A stretch of DNA of 63,186 bases, counting the filler, from Asterionella formosa (lineage: Eukaryota), in NCBI GenBank assembly GCA_002256025.1. It is 15 parts of 15 records of this genome, joined end to end, with 100 filler letters (N's around TTAATTAATTAA, not from the genome) between each part and the next. Parts side by side here need not be neighbours in the genome. Positions count along the whole stretch, not along the records: positions 44,454 to 60,934 come from NKIB01004866.1; 14 more parts are not named here. The stretch is one strand, 5' to 3'. The first letter of the stretch is position 1. Each line of letters begins with the position of its first letter. Position numbers and translations under genes: made by a program. This document shows, one piece after another, positions 45,689 to 58,100 of the stretch. The notes beneath the pieces are model-generated. The model worked only from the letters and a program-made list of their open reading frames with translations. It had not been told where the DNA came from and made no database searches.

Positions 45689-47372
45689 TCAGTGAGATGA
45701 GGATTGGAAGGCGACATGCATAGTAATGGTGGTAGAGTTGGAAAGGTCTGGCACAGTACCACCAGTCCAACAGAGGGCATCTGCATGAGTGTTATGCCCA
45801 AGGGGCGATATAAAATCATTATTAACAATCAAAGACAAATTATTATCGACCGACCAAGTGACATGAGAGTCATCACAAGTAGCAATAAATCCAAAACTTG
45901 TAAATTGAGGAACAAGAGCATTGTTTTCATTTTGAGAGACAGTTTTGCAAGCCAACTTCGCTGTACTAGGACTATTAGTGTCCTCAGTGAATTTCACAGT
46001 GGGTGAAATGGTAACAGTGTTGGGATCACGAGCAATGTGAGTAGCATCTGTATGCCTTTTAACCCAACGTTTGCACTTGGTACACCAGTAAAAACTTGTA
46101 TCATGGCGGAAGATCGTTGTTGGAGCACCAGCAGGTGGAGGAAGGTGCGTCCACTTAGTAGGACTTGGACAATTGTTTCTCATGTGCCCTTTCTTTCCAC
46201 AATGATAGCAGGCAGATGCTATTAGAAAGTTTCAAGGTGACAGAATCATCAGGAACTGCAGTGCCAGGTTTGATTGAGTTGCGGAGGGACTTCAACTCTG
46301 CAACAATGGCTTGATATGCAGCATTGGAAGAATCCTGGAAAGCGGCGGGTAGGAAGTCTGGCTGAGACTTGGGAAGATTTAAGCCAGCAATCCAGCGACC
46401 ATTGTCAAGTAGATGCTTGTAGTTGCGGAGAGTGATGTTACACAATGCATTTACACCAAGATCTGTTGATTGGAAGCGAAGCATTGCAGCATTGTCTTTT
46501 CCAATGAGGCGTTTTTCTTGGATGTCAATTTCTCCAGAGAGAACATGAAATGCACTGCGAAAACCTCCAGTGCTGCAAAATAGAAACTTGTTAACAAGAA
46601 TAGTAGAAGCAGTTTGATGAATGGAATCACCACCAGCCATTAGATTGTAGGTAGTTTGCACATCCTCAATGAGGAGTCGAACATTTTCCCCTGGATAATC
46701 CGACAATTTGAGGTTCTGAAACTTGGAGTGAATATCGACCATGACTTGAGCAGATCCAGAAGTAACATCATCAACCAGAGCAAAAAATAACAATAAACCA
46801 GGACCTCGATTTCCATATGATGCAAGATGTGCCCGAAGTCCAAATAGAATTGATTCATCAACATGGGACACAATAATATTCCACAAATGTGAAGAGTCTT
46901 CATGAGCTTGTTCATCGAAAACTTGAGCACGAGAAAGGGCAGAGGCAGGAGTTTCAACGCCTAATGCATCAAGAACAGGAGCAGGTTCTGGCGCAAGGCA
47001 GTGATCAATGTAAGCCTTCGCTTCAGCAAATGAGATGCGTGTGTAGTTTGTACTCATGTCCCACACATTTCCTTCATAGTCTGGAGCATGGAAGAAAGTG
47101 TCAACTCCACAGTTTTGAGCAGCAAGGAGAAGAGCTTGACAGAGTCCACTGAGAGTGTAGTCCTTGAGGGGATCATTAGCATTGGGTCCCCGGTAGAGCC
47201 GTTTAGGTTCTTTATTACAGTATTCAAACAGACTGCGTCGTTCCTTAGCATCACCAAGCCGAGCTTGATAAGGTGACCACTGAGGGCGGCGGGCGACAGA
47301 AAAGTCATTGTTAAGGGTTCCACCAGAGTAACCAGAATCTAGGCGATCAACATGTCCGAACTTGGTAGCCAT
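45689..47372 (-). pseudogene. gag: Copia gag with a 4-bp duplication frameshift near 46212
   Basis: ATC TGC C TGC TAT CAT TGT: removing one CTGC joins ORF 47372-46155 to the CCHC knuckle frame. Confidence 0.8.
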
Positions 47373-47388
47373 TGTAACAGAAAAGAAA

Positions 47389-47590
47389 AGAAGGAAGTAT
47401 TCAGAAGGAAAGAAAGAAAGGGCTAGTCGAAGAAGACTACCGATGGAAGTAATGTAAATGAAAGAAGGAAGTATTCAGAAAGAATGGAAGGGCCAGTCGA
47501 AGAAGACCACCAATAGAAGTAAAGTAAATGAGAGAAGGAAGTAATCAGAAAGAAAGGAAGGGCTAGTCAAAGAAGACTACCGATAAAATT
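47389..47590. repeat. ~70-bp tandem repeat x3 in the Copia leader
   Basis: GAAGGAAGTA-TCAGAA...GGGC-AGTC-AAGAAGAC-ACC-AT repeated three times. Confidence 0.85.
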
Positions 47591-47649
47591 AAAATAAAGG
47601 AGAAGAATAAAAGAAATATGATGTTGGAAGGTTTGGGCTCATAACCACT

Positions 47650-48041
47650 TGAAAGTGTTATGGAAACTGTAGATAATTGAAGAATAGTAACTTAAATGAA
47701 GGCTTGTAGACTCTATGTTTCGGAATAAAGTGAGCTAAATGTTAAATGATAAAAGTAGAAGCTAGGAGTTGTCGCCAGTTGACAACAGTCAAGTTGGAGA
47801 GACAGGAAATTATTAATAGTGGAGTTACCACGATGGACATGACTGTTGTGGGACCGGAACTTGTTAATAGGGGAGTAAGAACCACGATGGACAGGACTGT
47901 TGTGGGACAAGAAAATAGTAATAGAGGAGAAACAACAGTCCTGGCAGGACTGTTAAGAGACAGGAAGTTAGTAGTAGGAGTGGTGGAGTACTAGTATCCA
48001 CGATGGTCAGAGAGGTATTAGTTGGTATTTAACTCAGCGCA
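47650..48041 (-). repeat. 5' LTR (~390 bp) with internal ~58-bp repeats
   Basis: Ends ..TTTCA just before the PBS; starts TG where Crypton homology stops; CCACGATGGACA-GACTGTTGTGGGAC repeated. The 48041 boundary is inferred. Confidence 0.65.
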
Positions 48042-49797
48042 ACGATCTTGCATCATTTGATTGACAATCTGTGTTACTGTTTTATCTTGACCATAGACCT
48101 CATATATTTTTTCATTTGCAGTGTGAGCAGTGAATCCAGCTCGAACTAAGGTAGCCACAGTATCCCACACAACCCGGTGCCGACAATACTGCACCTTGAC
48201 TCTTCCCCTCTCAACCCTTGTAAATAGTCTAGCTGCCTTTCGTCCCCCAATTCCAACTTCGAATTCCTGCCAAAGAAGAAATAGTGTCTTTGGTGCCTTG
48301 GAAAGGCTACTGACATAATTGCTACCTCCATCCTCCACATCCATCAAGTCTGGATCAGCTGTAGCATCAAATTGTTCATTATTGCTTGCATTGCATACCA
48401 CATTTGCGGTGCTGGCAGCTGCCGAATTTTGGTTACCTGCTGCTAATCTTTGTGATGGCATCTGTGACATTCTTGAAAGGGTAGTTTGCATCTTTTTTAT
48501 CTCTTTCATAACTTTAACCTGATTGTGTCCCACTTGTGTCTGTAACTGTATCATCCCATGTTGTGTCTCCCTCTGCTGGGAGTACAGCCCAAGGATCTTG
48601 TTTCGACTATGCCTGGCAGCTCGAGCTTGTTGTCCACCTCCTCCTTCACCTGTGGTTGTTGTTTTTGTTGTTCCACCAGCTTTAATCCTACGCGTTAGTG
48701 ATTGAGGTAGGTAACCCTGCAGTATTGGCTCAAACACTGCCCACAAAAGTGGAGGTGCCAGCACCAGTGCAACGTCACATGCGTACTCAGTGCAAATATT
48801 TGGGACCACATACTGTAAAAGCCAGCTGTCTGACACTCCGTTTGATTCCTTTATGACATATTTGCATGCTCCACCAATGCAAAGTGCTGCGGCCACCTTG
48901 GCATCAGGGTAGGGAAGCTCTACATCTATGTACGTATCCACTTGCCTTGTATGTATTTTCCAGCGCCCGCGGAAGTCAATATCATCCCTGGAGCATCCAT
49001 TTCTTCGTGGATGCGTCGACGGATATTTGCGGAGTCTGTGAGTTCAAATGAGACCTGTCACAACTTTCTCGAACTCACTCTTTGCCCAAACATCGTCTCG
49101 CAGGATCCGATATGCTCTGTTCTTTGCGTTTTTGGGGGAGTCAGTTTGAATATCAAAGACAAAGCGGCTGGTTTGTTTGCGAAACACTGCTTTCGATGGA
49201 CGTTTCAAGGTGCACAGCCAAAGTAAGTAGAACACTGTAGATTGTAGACATTGAACCGATAAGGACTTGCTTTGGTGCCTCACGCTCCTCTTTCACATTC
49301 TTTGACCAGCAGAGCTTAGCTGCCAATGTAAAGGGAAAGCGCCGGTTGCTTGTCAAATTTCCTTTCAAGAATTTGCAATAATCATCAAGGCATCCAATCA
49401 TGTGGAACTGGAAGGTGCATAGAGCAGGCATTTGAAATCGTCGTAGAATGTCAGGGTATTTTCGTCATAAATTCAATGTCAAAGCAGACTCTTCTTCCTC
49501 TAGTGGTCGCACTGCTGATGTTGCCTTTCCTTGTTTTCGAACTTCCTTTTTCTTGACTGCTTTGATCAGGTCTATGATGGGTTGAGACCTTGTTGGGTTG
49601 CCAGAATTCGTCATGGGATTCCAGGAGGCAAGTCTGTAAGGAATGAAATATGACAAGGCCTTCTTGTAATATGCCAGGGAACTCGAACGTCCAAGTGTTG
49701 GATTGTCATCATGTCCAGGGTCAGGACGGCCATACACCTTGTTTGCCAGCCATTTGTATACATCCTCGGGCATAATCTCACCTAGCTGCTCATCACT
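48042..49797 (-). pseudogene. Crypton-type tyrosine recombinase + GCR1_C-like domain (best-preserved copy)
   Basis: GNPTRS, FQFHMIG(C)LDD, WSKNV, THRLRK, RGRWK, DTYID (catalytic Tyr position), then LWQEFEVGIGGRKAARLFTRVERGRVK; a few frameshifts and stops. Confidence 0.88.
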
Positions 49798-51012
49798 GCG
49801 AGAATGAGGATTGATACCAGATCACTTATCAATCAAGCATGATGGGCGATGTAAGTTATATGCTCTTTACCTGTTCATCTATCATTAATGATAGATGTCT
49901 ACTACAAGGAAGTCGACATTAATAATATCTCTCGTCCCTACCACTTATCAATCAAGCATGATGGGCGATGTAAGTTATATTCTCTTTATCTGTTCAAATG
50001 TCTATTGGAGCGCAACGTTTTATTTTCTCTTCAATTATGTTTATATAGAAACCCTTGCTTGCTTGTTATTGATTCTTTTGCTTCATGTTGTTGTTACAAC
50101 ATCTTCTCGGTGCACTTGAGTGTAAAGAAGAGCGGTTGTGATCATATATATTTTTTTGTTGCCTCTATGTGGAGATGGTTTACTCATTGCAACACTTTGT
50201 TCGCTAACATTGTTCTTATCTCCTACAGGAAAATCAGATAAAAAGGTTAGAGAATATGAGTTTGCTGCCATTCGTAATGGTGGAATTTTGAATGTTACAT
50301 CAGCAACTTCGATGACTCTTTCATTTCATCTTTAAGACTGTCAAAGTGAATGATAGATGTCACTGAAACAAAAGGAATCAACGATGACCTATGTGCTCAT
50401 TCTGTTAAAGGATTTGAAAAGGGAACGGATGTTGCATGCATAAAGGATATAAAATTAAGTAGCAATACATGTAACTCGACTTTTCTAGATCGTTGATCGA
50501 ACATCATAATATGTTTGACCAAAAGTAAGATTGCTTTAGATCTGTAGAAATGAATGCGTAAGGTCGAAAGCTTAGTATTATTTGATCAAACACTCCAAAT
50601 GTTAGATCAATAGATCAATTGACTTCATCGATCGGTTGGAATCATTAGATCATAAGTTGGAACATTACTTGATAAAAAAGTAACGGTTCTGTATTAACGA
50701 TGGTGCCATTGTTGGAACGATTAATTTTTGCGTGCATTGATATATAAATAGATTGAATGTATAATACTAAGGGAACACAACCTGATGCAACAACAAAAAC
50801 TGTTTGATAAAAGAACAGTATGTATATAAACATGCATACATATGTTTATGATCAACCACGCAAAAAGTTATTGATCATTAACGTTTTTTGTGTGATCAAT
50901 AACTTGTTATATATGATGATCAATCTAAAAATACGTCATACTGCGATAATTTTGGGGCAGTCGACAATTAAGCAAAAATGTTAGGCCTAACGCATTTTTC
51001 ATTCATAGACGA

Positions 51013-51459
51013 TAGAATATGCCAGTGACTATGAGTTTAGTCTAGAGCAGCTTGCAGATATCAAGCCTGAACATATCCACAAATGGATGGCTGTGAAGAC
51101 TTATGGTAAACCACCAAAATCAAGCCAAAACGAGAATCCAACACATGGTAGATCAACCTCATTGGAATATTGTTACAAGAAGGCGATGTATTATGATTTC
51201 ATGCCACTCCGGCGCCTCTCAACTTGGAATGTCATGACCAACTGTGAAAACCCAACCAGATCTGTGCTTGTTCTTGACCTAATCAAAGATTTAAAGAAAA
51301 AGGACTGCAAGCAAGGAAAAGCATCAGAAGCACGTCGTCCACTGAAAGCCCAAGAATGTACCAACACAATCAATGCACTTCAAAGATGCAAAGACAGTAT
51401 CCGCCGCTTCCAGATGGTTTCCCTATGTTCCTTCCAATTCCACATGGTTGGCCGGATCT
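51013..51459 (+). pseudogene. Crypton recombinase N-terminal fragment
   Basis: KWMAVKTYG, GRSTSLEY, ENPTRS, QGKASEARRPL, FQFHMVGR; DNA closely similar to the copy at ~7990-8505. Confidence 0.85.
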
Positions 51460-52594
51460 TGCTTTCGAACTACCAGTTACATGATTCTTGGGACAAACAT
51501 GTTCCTTGATTGGTTTCTTGTACCGTATAGCCCTGTTGCACACATTACAGATCTTAGATTTCACTGTGTAGTCTAGTATATTTTTTGTGTAGGCGCCAAT
51601 ACAAAAAGCATGTCCACTTACAGAGTTGTACTTATTCCTGCTGGACCACTGCTGCCAGCAGCCCATATCGTAACTAACAGTGAGTCGAGGCATATTCAGT
51701 ACAGACAAGCGATCTGTACCAGTCAGACTGTTCCACAACTGAAAATCACGTCCTTTGTCAGCCCAGTCTCCTCGTTCATGCACATTGAGTGTCAGATATG
51801 ATTCCTCCTGACACGCCTCTTTCATTGCAAGAGCGGTTGCAGTAACTTCAGAGTTTCCTACCAGTTCCTCTACTGCACCAAAGTTACCTTGCGTAGACCA
51901 AAATCCAAAGGTAAATGGAAGATTCATTGCGGAGCAGATGATATCTGCATCTGCTGGTCCCATTCCGGCTTCGTGACAACCCAAAATAAACTTTTTGTTG
52001 ATAGAAAAGTGTTTTGCTTCTATTGCGTTATTTCTTATCTCATCATTTCTGTCTCCATTGCTGTTGCTTCTTGCAGGTTCGAGTTTAGAAATCAGTTTCT
52101 GACAGGTCAAACAAGAGACTTTGAATTCGCTTGCCAAGCCGTAATTTTTGGTAGAGACACCAATCAATGGTTGTTTCATTGTTGAAATCGGAAAGTCAAA
52201 CACATCCTGCTCCAGAAATCATTCACATTGCTGTTCAATGGACAGCTTTTGTTGTCTATTTGATGTAAAGTAAGTTACAAAGTCACAAAGTGATTGTTTG
52301 CAATATTCTTTTACAAATTTATTAACACATCTTTTGCAATACATATCTTCCTGCCGAAATTTCGACAATGTATTATAGTCGATTATATGATTCATGTTCA
52401 GTTGAGCAAGAGCAGTCTGTTTTAATTGGTGACGATGTGATTGCTAGTTCAATTGGTGAAGTGGTTGTTGTAGGGGGACAAAAAAGCATCTTAGAGGTCC
52501 ACCAATTTTGATTTTCATCGGACGCTATATTTCGTCCTCCTTGACCACCAACACCAATTTCGGAAATGAGACGGCTACCACTGGAACTTGGCAT
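51460..52594 (-). pseudogene. DDE transposase fragment (Kolobok / 'Mutator-like' domain)
   Basis: GLASEFKVSCLTC, INKKFILG, LTVSYDMGCWQ..S.SGHAF, KSKICNVC..HVCPKNH.GSSK; truncated at the Crypton junction. Confidence 0.8.
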
Positions 52595-52780
52595 GATTTT
52601 GTCTTATAATAGTTGGCTGGTGTTGCTGTTTTTTATGGCTGGTTGATTCGTTAGATTGTGTAAAAATAAAAATATATTTGTCATTCATGCCACCTCATTT
52701 CTAGAAGGTTTTGAAACATCATATGTAGGTGGATTGAAGTTCTTGATTTACTAATGAAATAAATGAAAATCGTAAAAACA

Positions 52781-53239
52781 CTAATCACAAATAGATTTAG
52801 AACATTTAGAACGTTTGGAAGTTGGTTTGAAAACAGTGTACACTTCCTTTGGGTCCTTGTTCTTCAAAAGAGATCGAAACCCCTTCAAACAACAGTCAGG
52901 AAGTTGCATCCAAACACCTGTTCCCAATGGACCACTGAAAACTCTGATTAGAAACTTGTACAGAAGATTGCGGGCTCTTGATGCCGTAATGTCTTCATCC
53001 TTCAACCTGGTAAGAATGGATTCACCTTCCAGAAACTTCTACACCAACTCTTCGACTTCATCCCATTGGCACTGACATTCAGGGCAGCAAAAATCGCAGC
53101 ATTCGCAGAAGATGCGATCCTCACATCCCTCCACATACGACTCTACAATCAACCGGTCTTGGCAGGTAGGACAACTATCATGTCTGTAGTTAAATTCATC
53201 ATTACCATTGTCATCATTTTGATGTGTAATTTCGCTCAT
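52781..53239 (-). pseudogene. KolX-like (P2X7 C-terminal-like) Cys-rich accessory protein with in-frame TAG at 53041-53039
   Basis: ORFs 53356-53039 and 53005-52781 share a frame; Cys cluster then RNLLYK..GPLGTGVWMQLPDCC..FR..YTVFK. Confidence 0.65.
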
Positions 53240-54339
53240 GGTTGATTGTTGCGTTTTTTGTTTCTTACCGGTAGTCATCAACAATATTTGCCATGCTGCC
53301 AGCTCGTCTGACACATATTTGTTGATTGTATGATAGGGTTTATAAACATTGAGCAATGGAGAATGTTTATGTATATATTTATTAATTCGAAAAGGAATCT
53401 ATGTATGTATGCGCAAATTTCCAGTGATTCAAATATTTCAAATGGAATCACGTCATTCAAAATTAATTCATAAAAATTCTTAGTTCCAGGGAAATGCAGG
53501 AACCTTAAATCCAGAACGAAGGATATGTGGTAGTTAATGAATTCTGTGTCCACCGCCTTCCCAGTGATCGATCTCCAGCTGCCAAAGCTTTACTTGATCA
53601 TCCAGCAGCGCACTCACTTGCCTTGGGTACTGCAATTGCTGATCTGATCCCCAGCTGAACTCCATTGTTTGCATCCCTGTCAAAAGGCAGTTGTGTTCTC
53701 CTTTCCATGGCCATCTATCTTGAGACGGAGCGTATGGACCAATGCACTAACTCGAAAATCCGTGGGTTTCCCGCTCCAACAAATGCTAAAGAAAGGCCTA
53801 GACAATTCTGCAAGATGATGTGTAGGAAAATCATGAGTTCTGACAATTGAACAATGGTTAATTGGCAAAACAGAATCTGTAAGTACGACTCATCAACAAA
53901 TACAAGTTGAAATGAATGCTCCTGGGATGATATTGCATGAATGATGGCACACATAGTGGTCACGGGCAGTGTTCCTAAAGTTGCTTTTGCTGCAACAAAC
54001 GCCAACAGCAACCCAAATGGAAATATCTGCCCTCTGCTATCCTAGGCAATTTGTCATCTGCCCTATGCTATCCTAGGCAATCAGTCGTAAACAAGTTCAG
54101 AGGTAACAAACAGAGTAAAATGATTTAAAACGAAAAGATTATTTATTCTATATTCGATTCTTCAATGCTCATGAACAAAAAATTGCGGCAAATACACATT
54201 TAAATATCCATACATTCCCCTCCCCCCCCATCAAGCTTTTAAAATCTACAAGTGCCTAGTGCATTCCAACATCGTACATCAACAATAACACATAAAACCA
54301 AAACTAATTTATTTGTTTCAGAGTTTTGGGTTGCTTCCA

Positions 54340-55190
54340 TCTTCAAATAAAGACTCCAACAATGCCCGACAACTCTTCCGACGAAATTGGTTTCGCCTTT
54401 TCGACTTTTTTGGCCACTGAAGTATGACTCTCAAAATCTACAATTGGTGTTAGTACTATACAGTGGGAACATTTTTCATTATGCCTCTTGGTAGATGAAA
54501 CGCATGGTACCTACGAGGCAACATAAAAGGCAGCATCACCCACAGAAATTGCAACTCAGATGTAGATATGCTCATGGTGGCGAGCGGCCTGTGTCAGCGG
54601 TTCCCCTTTCCATTTTTGCTTTCGATCCCCCGTCATCTTCGGGTGTGACGTTTGTTTACTAGATAGTCACCATATCTATCTAAAGGGAAATTTCTCTGGT
54701 CCCCCCCTGAAGCCGTTTCGTCCGACAACGACAAATACTCCTCATTCTGTAAAATTAATAATTTACATTGATTCAGCAAGCTTTATCCACATGTATATGC
54801 CAACATCTTTCATGCACATTCCCAATCCAAAGCAGCATGATCTAAAAAAGGGAAGTGTCTTTTGTCCCCTGAAGCCGGGGACCATTCATTTCGTTCGACA
54901 AAGACAACCCCTCCTCAAACAGTAAAAATAATAATTTACATCGATTCGGCAAGCTTTATACAGTAAAAATAATAATTTACATCGATTCGGCAAGCTTTAT
55001 AAACGTGTACATTTCATTCGACAAAGACAACCCCCTCCTCAAAAAGTAAAAATAATAATTTACATCGATTCAACCCGCCTCCTCAAACAGTAAAAATAAT
55101 AATTTATATCGATTCGGCAAGTTTTATCCACATGTAGATCCCAACATCTTTCATGCACAGTCCCAATCCAAAACAGCCGTATCTAAAAAT
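54340..55190 (-). pseudogene. Degenerate duplicate of the mucin gene's 3' end plus short tandem repeats
   Basis: GTTTCGCCTTTTCGACTTTTT and CACCCACAGA-ATTGCAA--CAGATGTAGAT match 55350-55590; AAAATAATAATTTACATCGATTC repeated about five times. Confidence 0.75.
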
Positions 55191-58100
55191 TTACATTGAT
55201 TGGGCAAGCTTTAATCCACATGTACATCCCAACATCTTGCATGCACAGTCCATATCCAAAGCACTCTTATCTTCCCCATTCGTTATTTCGGAAGCGTGGG
55301 TTTCATCGTCAAACAATGGCTGCGTAGCCTCACGACTCCTACGACGAAATAGTTTCGCCTTTTCGACTTTTTCGACCACTGAAGTATTGCTGTCAAAATC
55401 AACATGTGGTGTAACTACCGTGGGAACCACGGGGGATGACCATGTGTACATCTCTTCTTCCTCTTCTTCTTCTTGTTCTCCATCCTCCTGTTCCTCATGG
55501 CGCTTTTTGTATATGAATCGCATTGTACCAAGAGAGACAACAAATAGGAAAGCACCACCCACAGATATTGCAATCCAGATGTAGATGCTCACGGCAGCCG
55601 GGGAATTCAAGCTGCCGTTCCCTGCGGTTCCACCTTCCACAGGTGAATTTTTTGACCTCCCGTCTTCAACCGGTGTATAGTTTGTTGACTTGACAGTCAC
55701 CACTTGACTAAATGCAGTGTCTTTGGTCTCCTGAAGCCGTACAACAAGGACAATCCCATTGTCATCAAAGATGGTATTGCATATTGCGGCTAAATCCAAA
55801 TCCCCCACTTTTGTATCTCCCCTTACAAGCATACTTATTATAATATCAGTACCCTGAGCTAGTCGTCGTCGAAGTGTCGACTTTGATAATGATTGATTCA
55901 ACACTGAAACTTTCACGCGTGAGACAGGAGGTACTTGGAGGCGTAACCAGTTGCCCAAAAATGCTTCAGTGGTATTTCGAAATGTCTCCATGGAACTGAC
56001 ATCCATTTCAGCCACCACATGGGCCATAGTGACAGATACATTGCCTTGTAAAGAATACACTTTGGTCAATGCAGGTTCAAGAGTAAAAGCAGATGGGGTG
56101 AATGTAGGATAATCAATAGGAGCAGTTGTAGGGCCCACAGATGGGGTGAATGTAGGATAATCAGTAGGTGCAGTTGTAGGGCCTTCAGTCGGTTCCAATG
56201 TAGGATGTTCAGAAGGAGAAGCTGTGGGTTCCGAAGTCGGTTCCAAAGTAGGATAAGCTGTTGGGTCCGCAATCGGTTCTAACGTAGGTTCCAATGAAGG
56301 ATGCTCAGTAAGTGAAGCAGTGGGATTCGCAGTAGGTTCCAACGTAGGTTCCAATGACGGATGCTCAGTAGATGAAGCGGTGGGGACTATAGTCGGGGGT
56401 TTTGTAGGATAATCAGTTGGAGGTGCTGTGGGTTCTGTAGTTGGGGTCATTGTTGGATCAGGAGTAGGAGAAGCAGTGGGTTTATTAGAAGGTGCCAATG
56501 TAGGATCAGGAGTAGGAGAAGCTGAAGTGGGATTAACGGTCGGTTCAACAGAAGGTGAAGCGCTAGGAGAAGCTGACGGGTCTGCTGTCCTTGTCAACGA
56601 CTTGAGTGCGATCACTTGACTAAAGGAGGTGTTGTTAGTAGCCTGAAGCTGCTCAACAAGGATATATCCCTTGTAGTCAAAAATATTGTTGCACATTGTT
56701 GTCAAATCCAAATTGTCTACTACTGCTTCTCCAGTTACCATCATACTTATTATGATGTCAGTGGCCTGCGCTATTCGTCGACGCAGTGTCGACTGAGTTA
56801 ACAATTGATTCAGCACCGTAACTCTTACGTTCAAAACGGGAGGTACTTGGAGGCGCAACCAATTTCTCAAAAATGCTTGACTGGTATTGAGAAATGTCTC
56901 CGTGAAGCTATCACCCAATTCAGCCCCCACGAGGGCCATAATTACAGATACGTTGGCTTGTAAAGCATACACTACAGCTTTTGTAGGTGCCGGTGTAGGC
57001 GCTGTTGGTATCAAGACCGTAGGTTCAGGTGTAGGAAAAGCTGTAGGACGTAAAGTGGGAATATATGTAGGTTGCATAGTAGGTGAAGCAGTGGGGTTGG
57101 CAGTCGGTTTCAATGTAGGAGAATCCGTTGGAGATGCTGTTGGGTCAGCAGTCGGGCTAGACGATGGATAATCAGTAGGAGCAGCTGTTGGGTCGGCAGT
57201 AGGGGCCGACGTAGGATGCATAGTCGGTGAAGCTGTTGGGTGGGCAGTAGGTTCCAACGTCGGATAATTAGTAGGAACCGCCGATGGTTCGGCAGTAGGG
57301 GTCGACGTAGGATGATCAGTAGGAGGGGCTGTCGGCTCCGCAGTCGGTTTCATCGTGGGATGATGAGTAGGAGAAGCTGTGGGCTCGGTAGTCGGTGCCA
57401 ACGTCGGATGATCAGTAGGAGATGATGTTGGCTCTTTTGTCGGCGTCGATGTGGGTGCTACAGTTGGTGTAGCTGTGGGATCCACAGTCGGGGCTAAAGA
57501 CGGTGCATCGGTAGGAGGACAACTGGGGTCAATAGATGGTGACGACGTAGGTTTAAAAGTAGGAGAACCCGTAGGTTCAGCAGTAGGTGTCATTGTAGGA
57601 TAATCCGTAGGAAAAGCTGTGGGCACAATAGTCGGTGCCAACGTCGGATGATCAGTAGGAGAAAATGTTGGCTTTTTTGTCGGTTTCAGTGTAGGCGAGT
57701 CCGTTGGAGTGGGATTCACAGTCGGAGCCAAAGTAGGTCGATCTGTAGGAAGACAACTGGGGTCAGTAGATGGTGCTGACGTAGGTTCAAGAGAAGGAAA
57801 AGTAGTAAATGTCATTGTAGGATGATCGGTACGAGAAACTGTAGGCACAGTAGTCAATGCAAACGTAGGATGAATAGTAGGAATAGAGGTTGGCTCATTT
57901 GTTATGCTCAATGCAGGTGCAACAGTCAGGGCAGCCGTAGGGATCAAAATCGGTGTCAAAGTAGGTGTATCGGTAGGAGGACAACTTGGGTCAGTAGATG
58001 GTGCCGAAGTAAGTTCAAAAGTAGAAGAAGCCGTAGGGTCAGCAGTAGGTCCCAATGCTAGATGATCAGTAGGAGAAGCTGTAGGCACAGTAGTCTGTGC

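Larger units (their letters stand above)
44454..48041 (-). mobile_element. Ty1/copia element of a second lineage (LTR, PBS, leader repeats, gag, protease, start of integrase), inserted in a Crypton
   Basis: LTR ~48041-47650; PBS GGTTATGAGCCC (47646-47635); gag 47372-45689 with YPGENV, CYHCGKKGHMRNNC, YWCTKC; protease VIWDTGAS; WHFRLGH at the contig edge. Confidence 0.9.
51460..53504 (-). mobile_element. Kolobok-type DNA transposon, 5' part (KolX-like ORF + transposase), decayed
   Basis: TTAA|GG terminus (53508-53503, minus strand); accessory ORF followed by a Zn-finger/DDE transposase fragment on the same strand. Confidence 0.65.
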
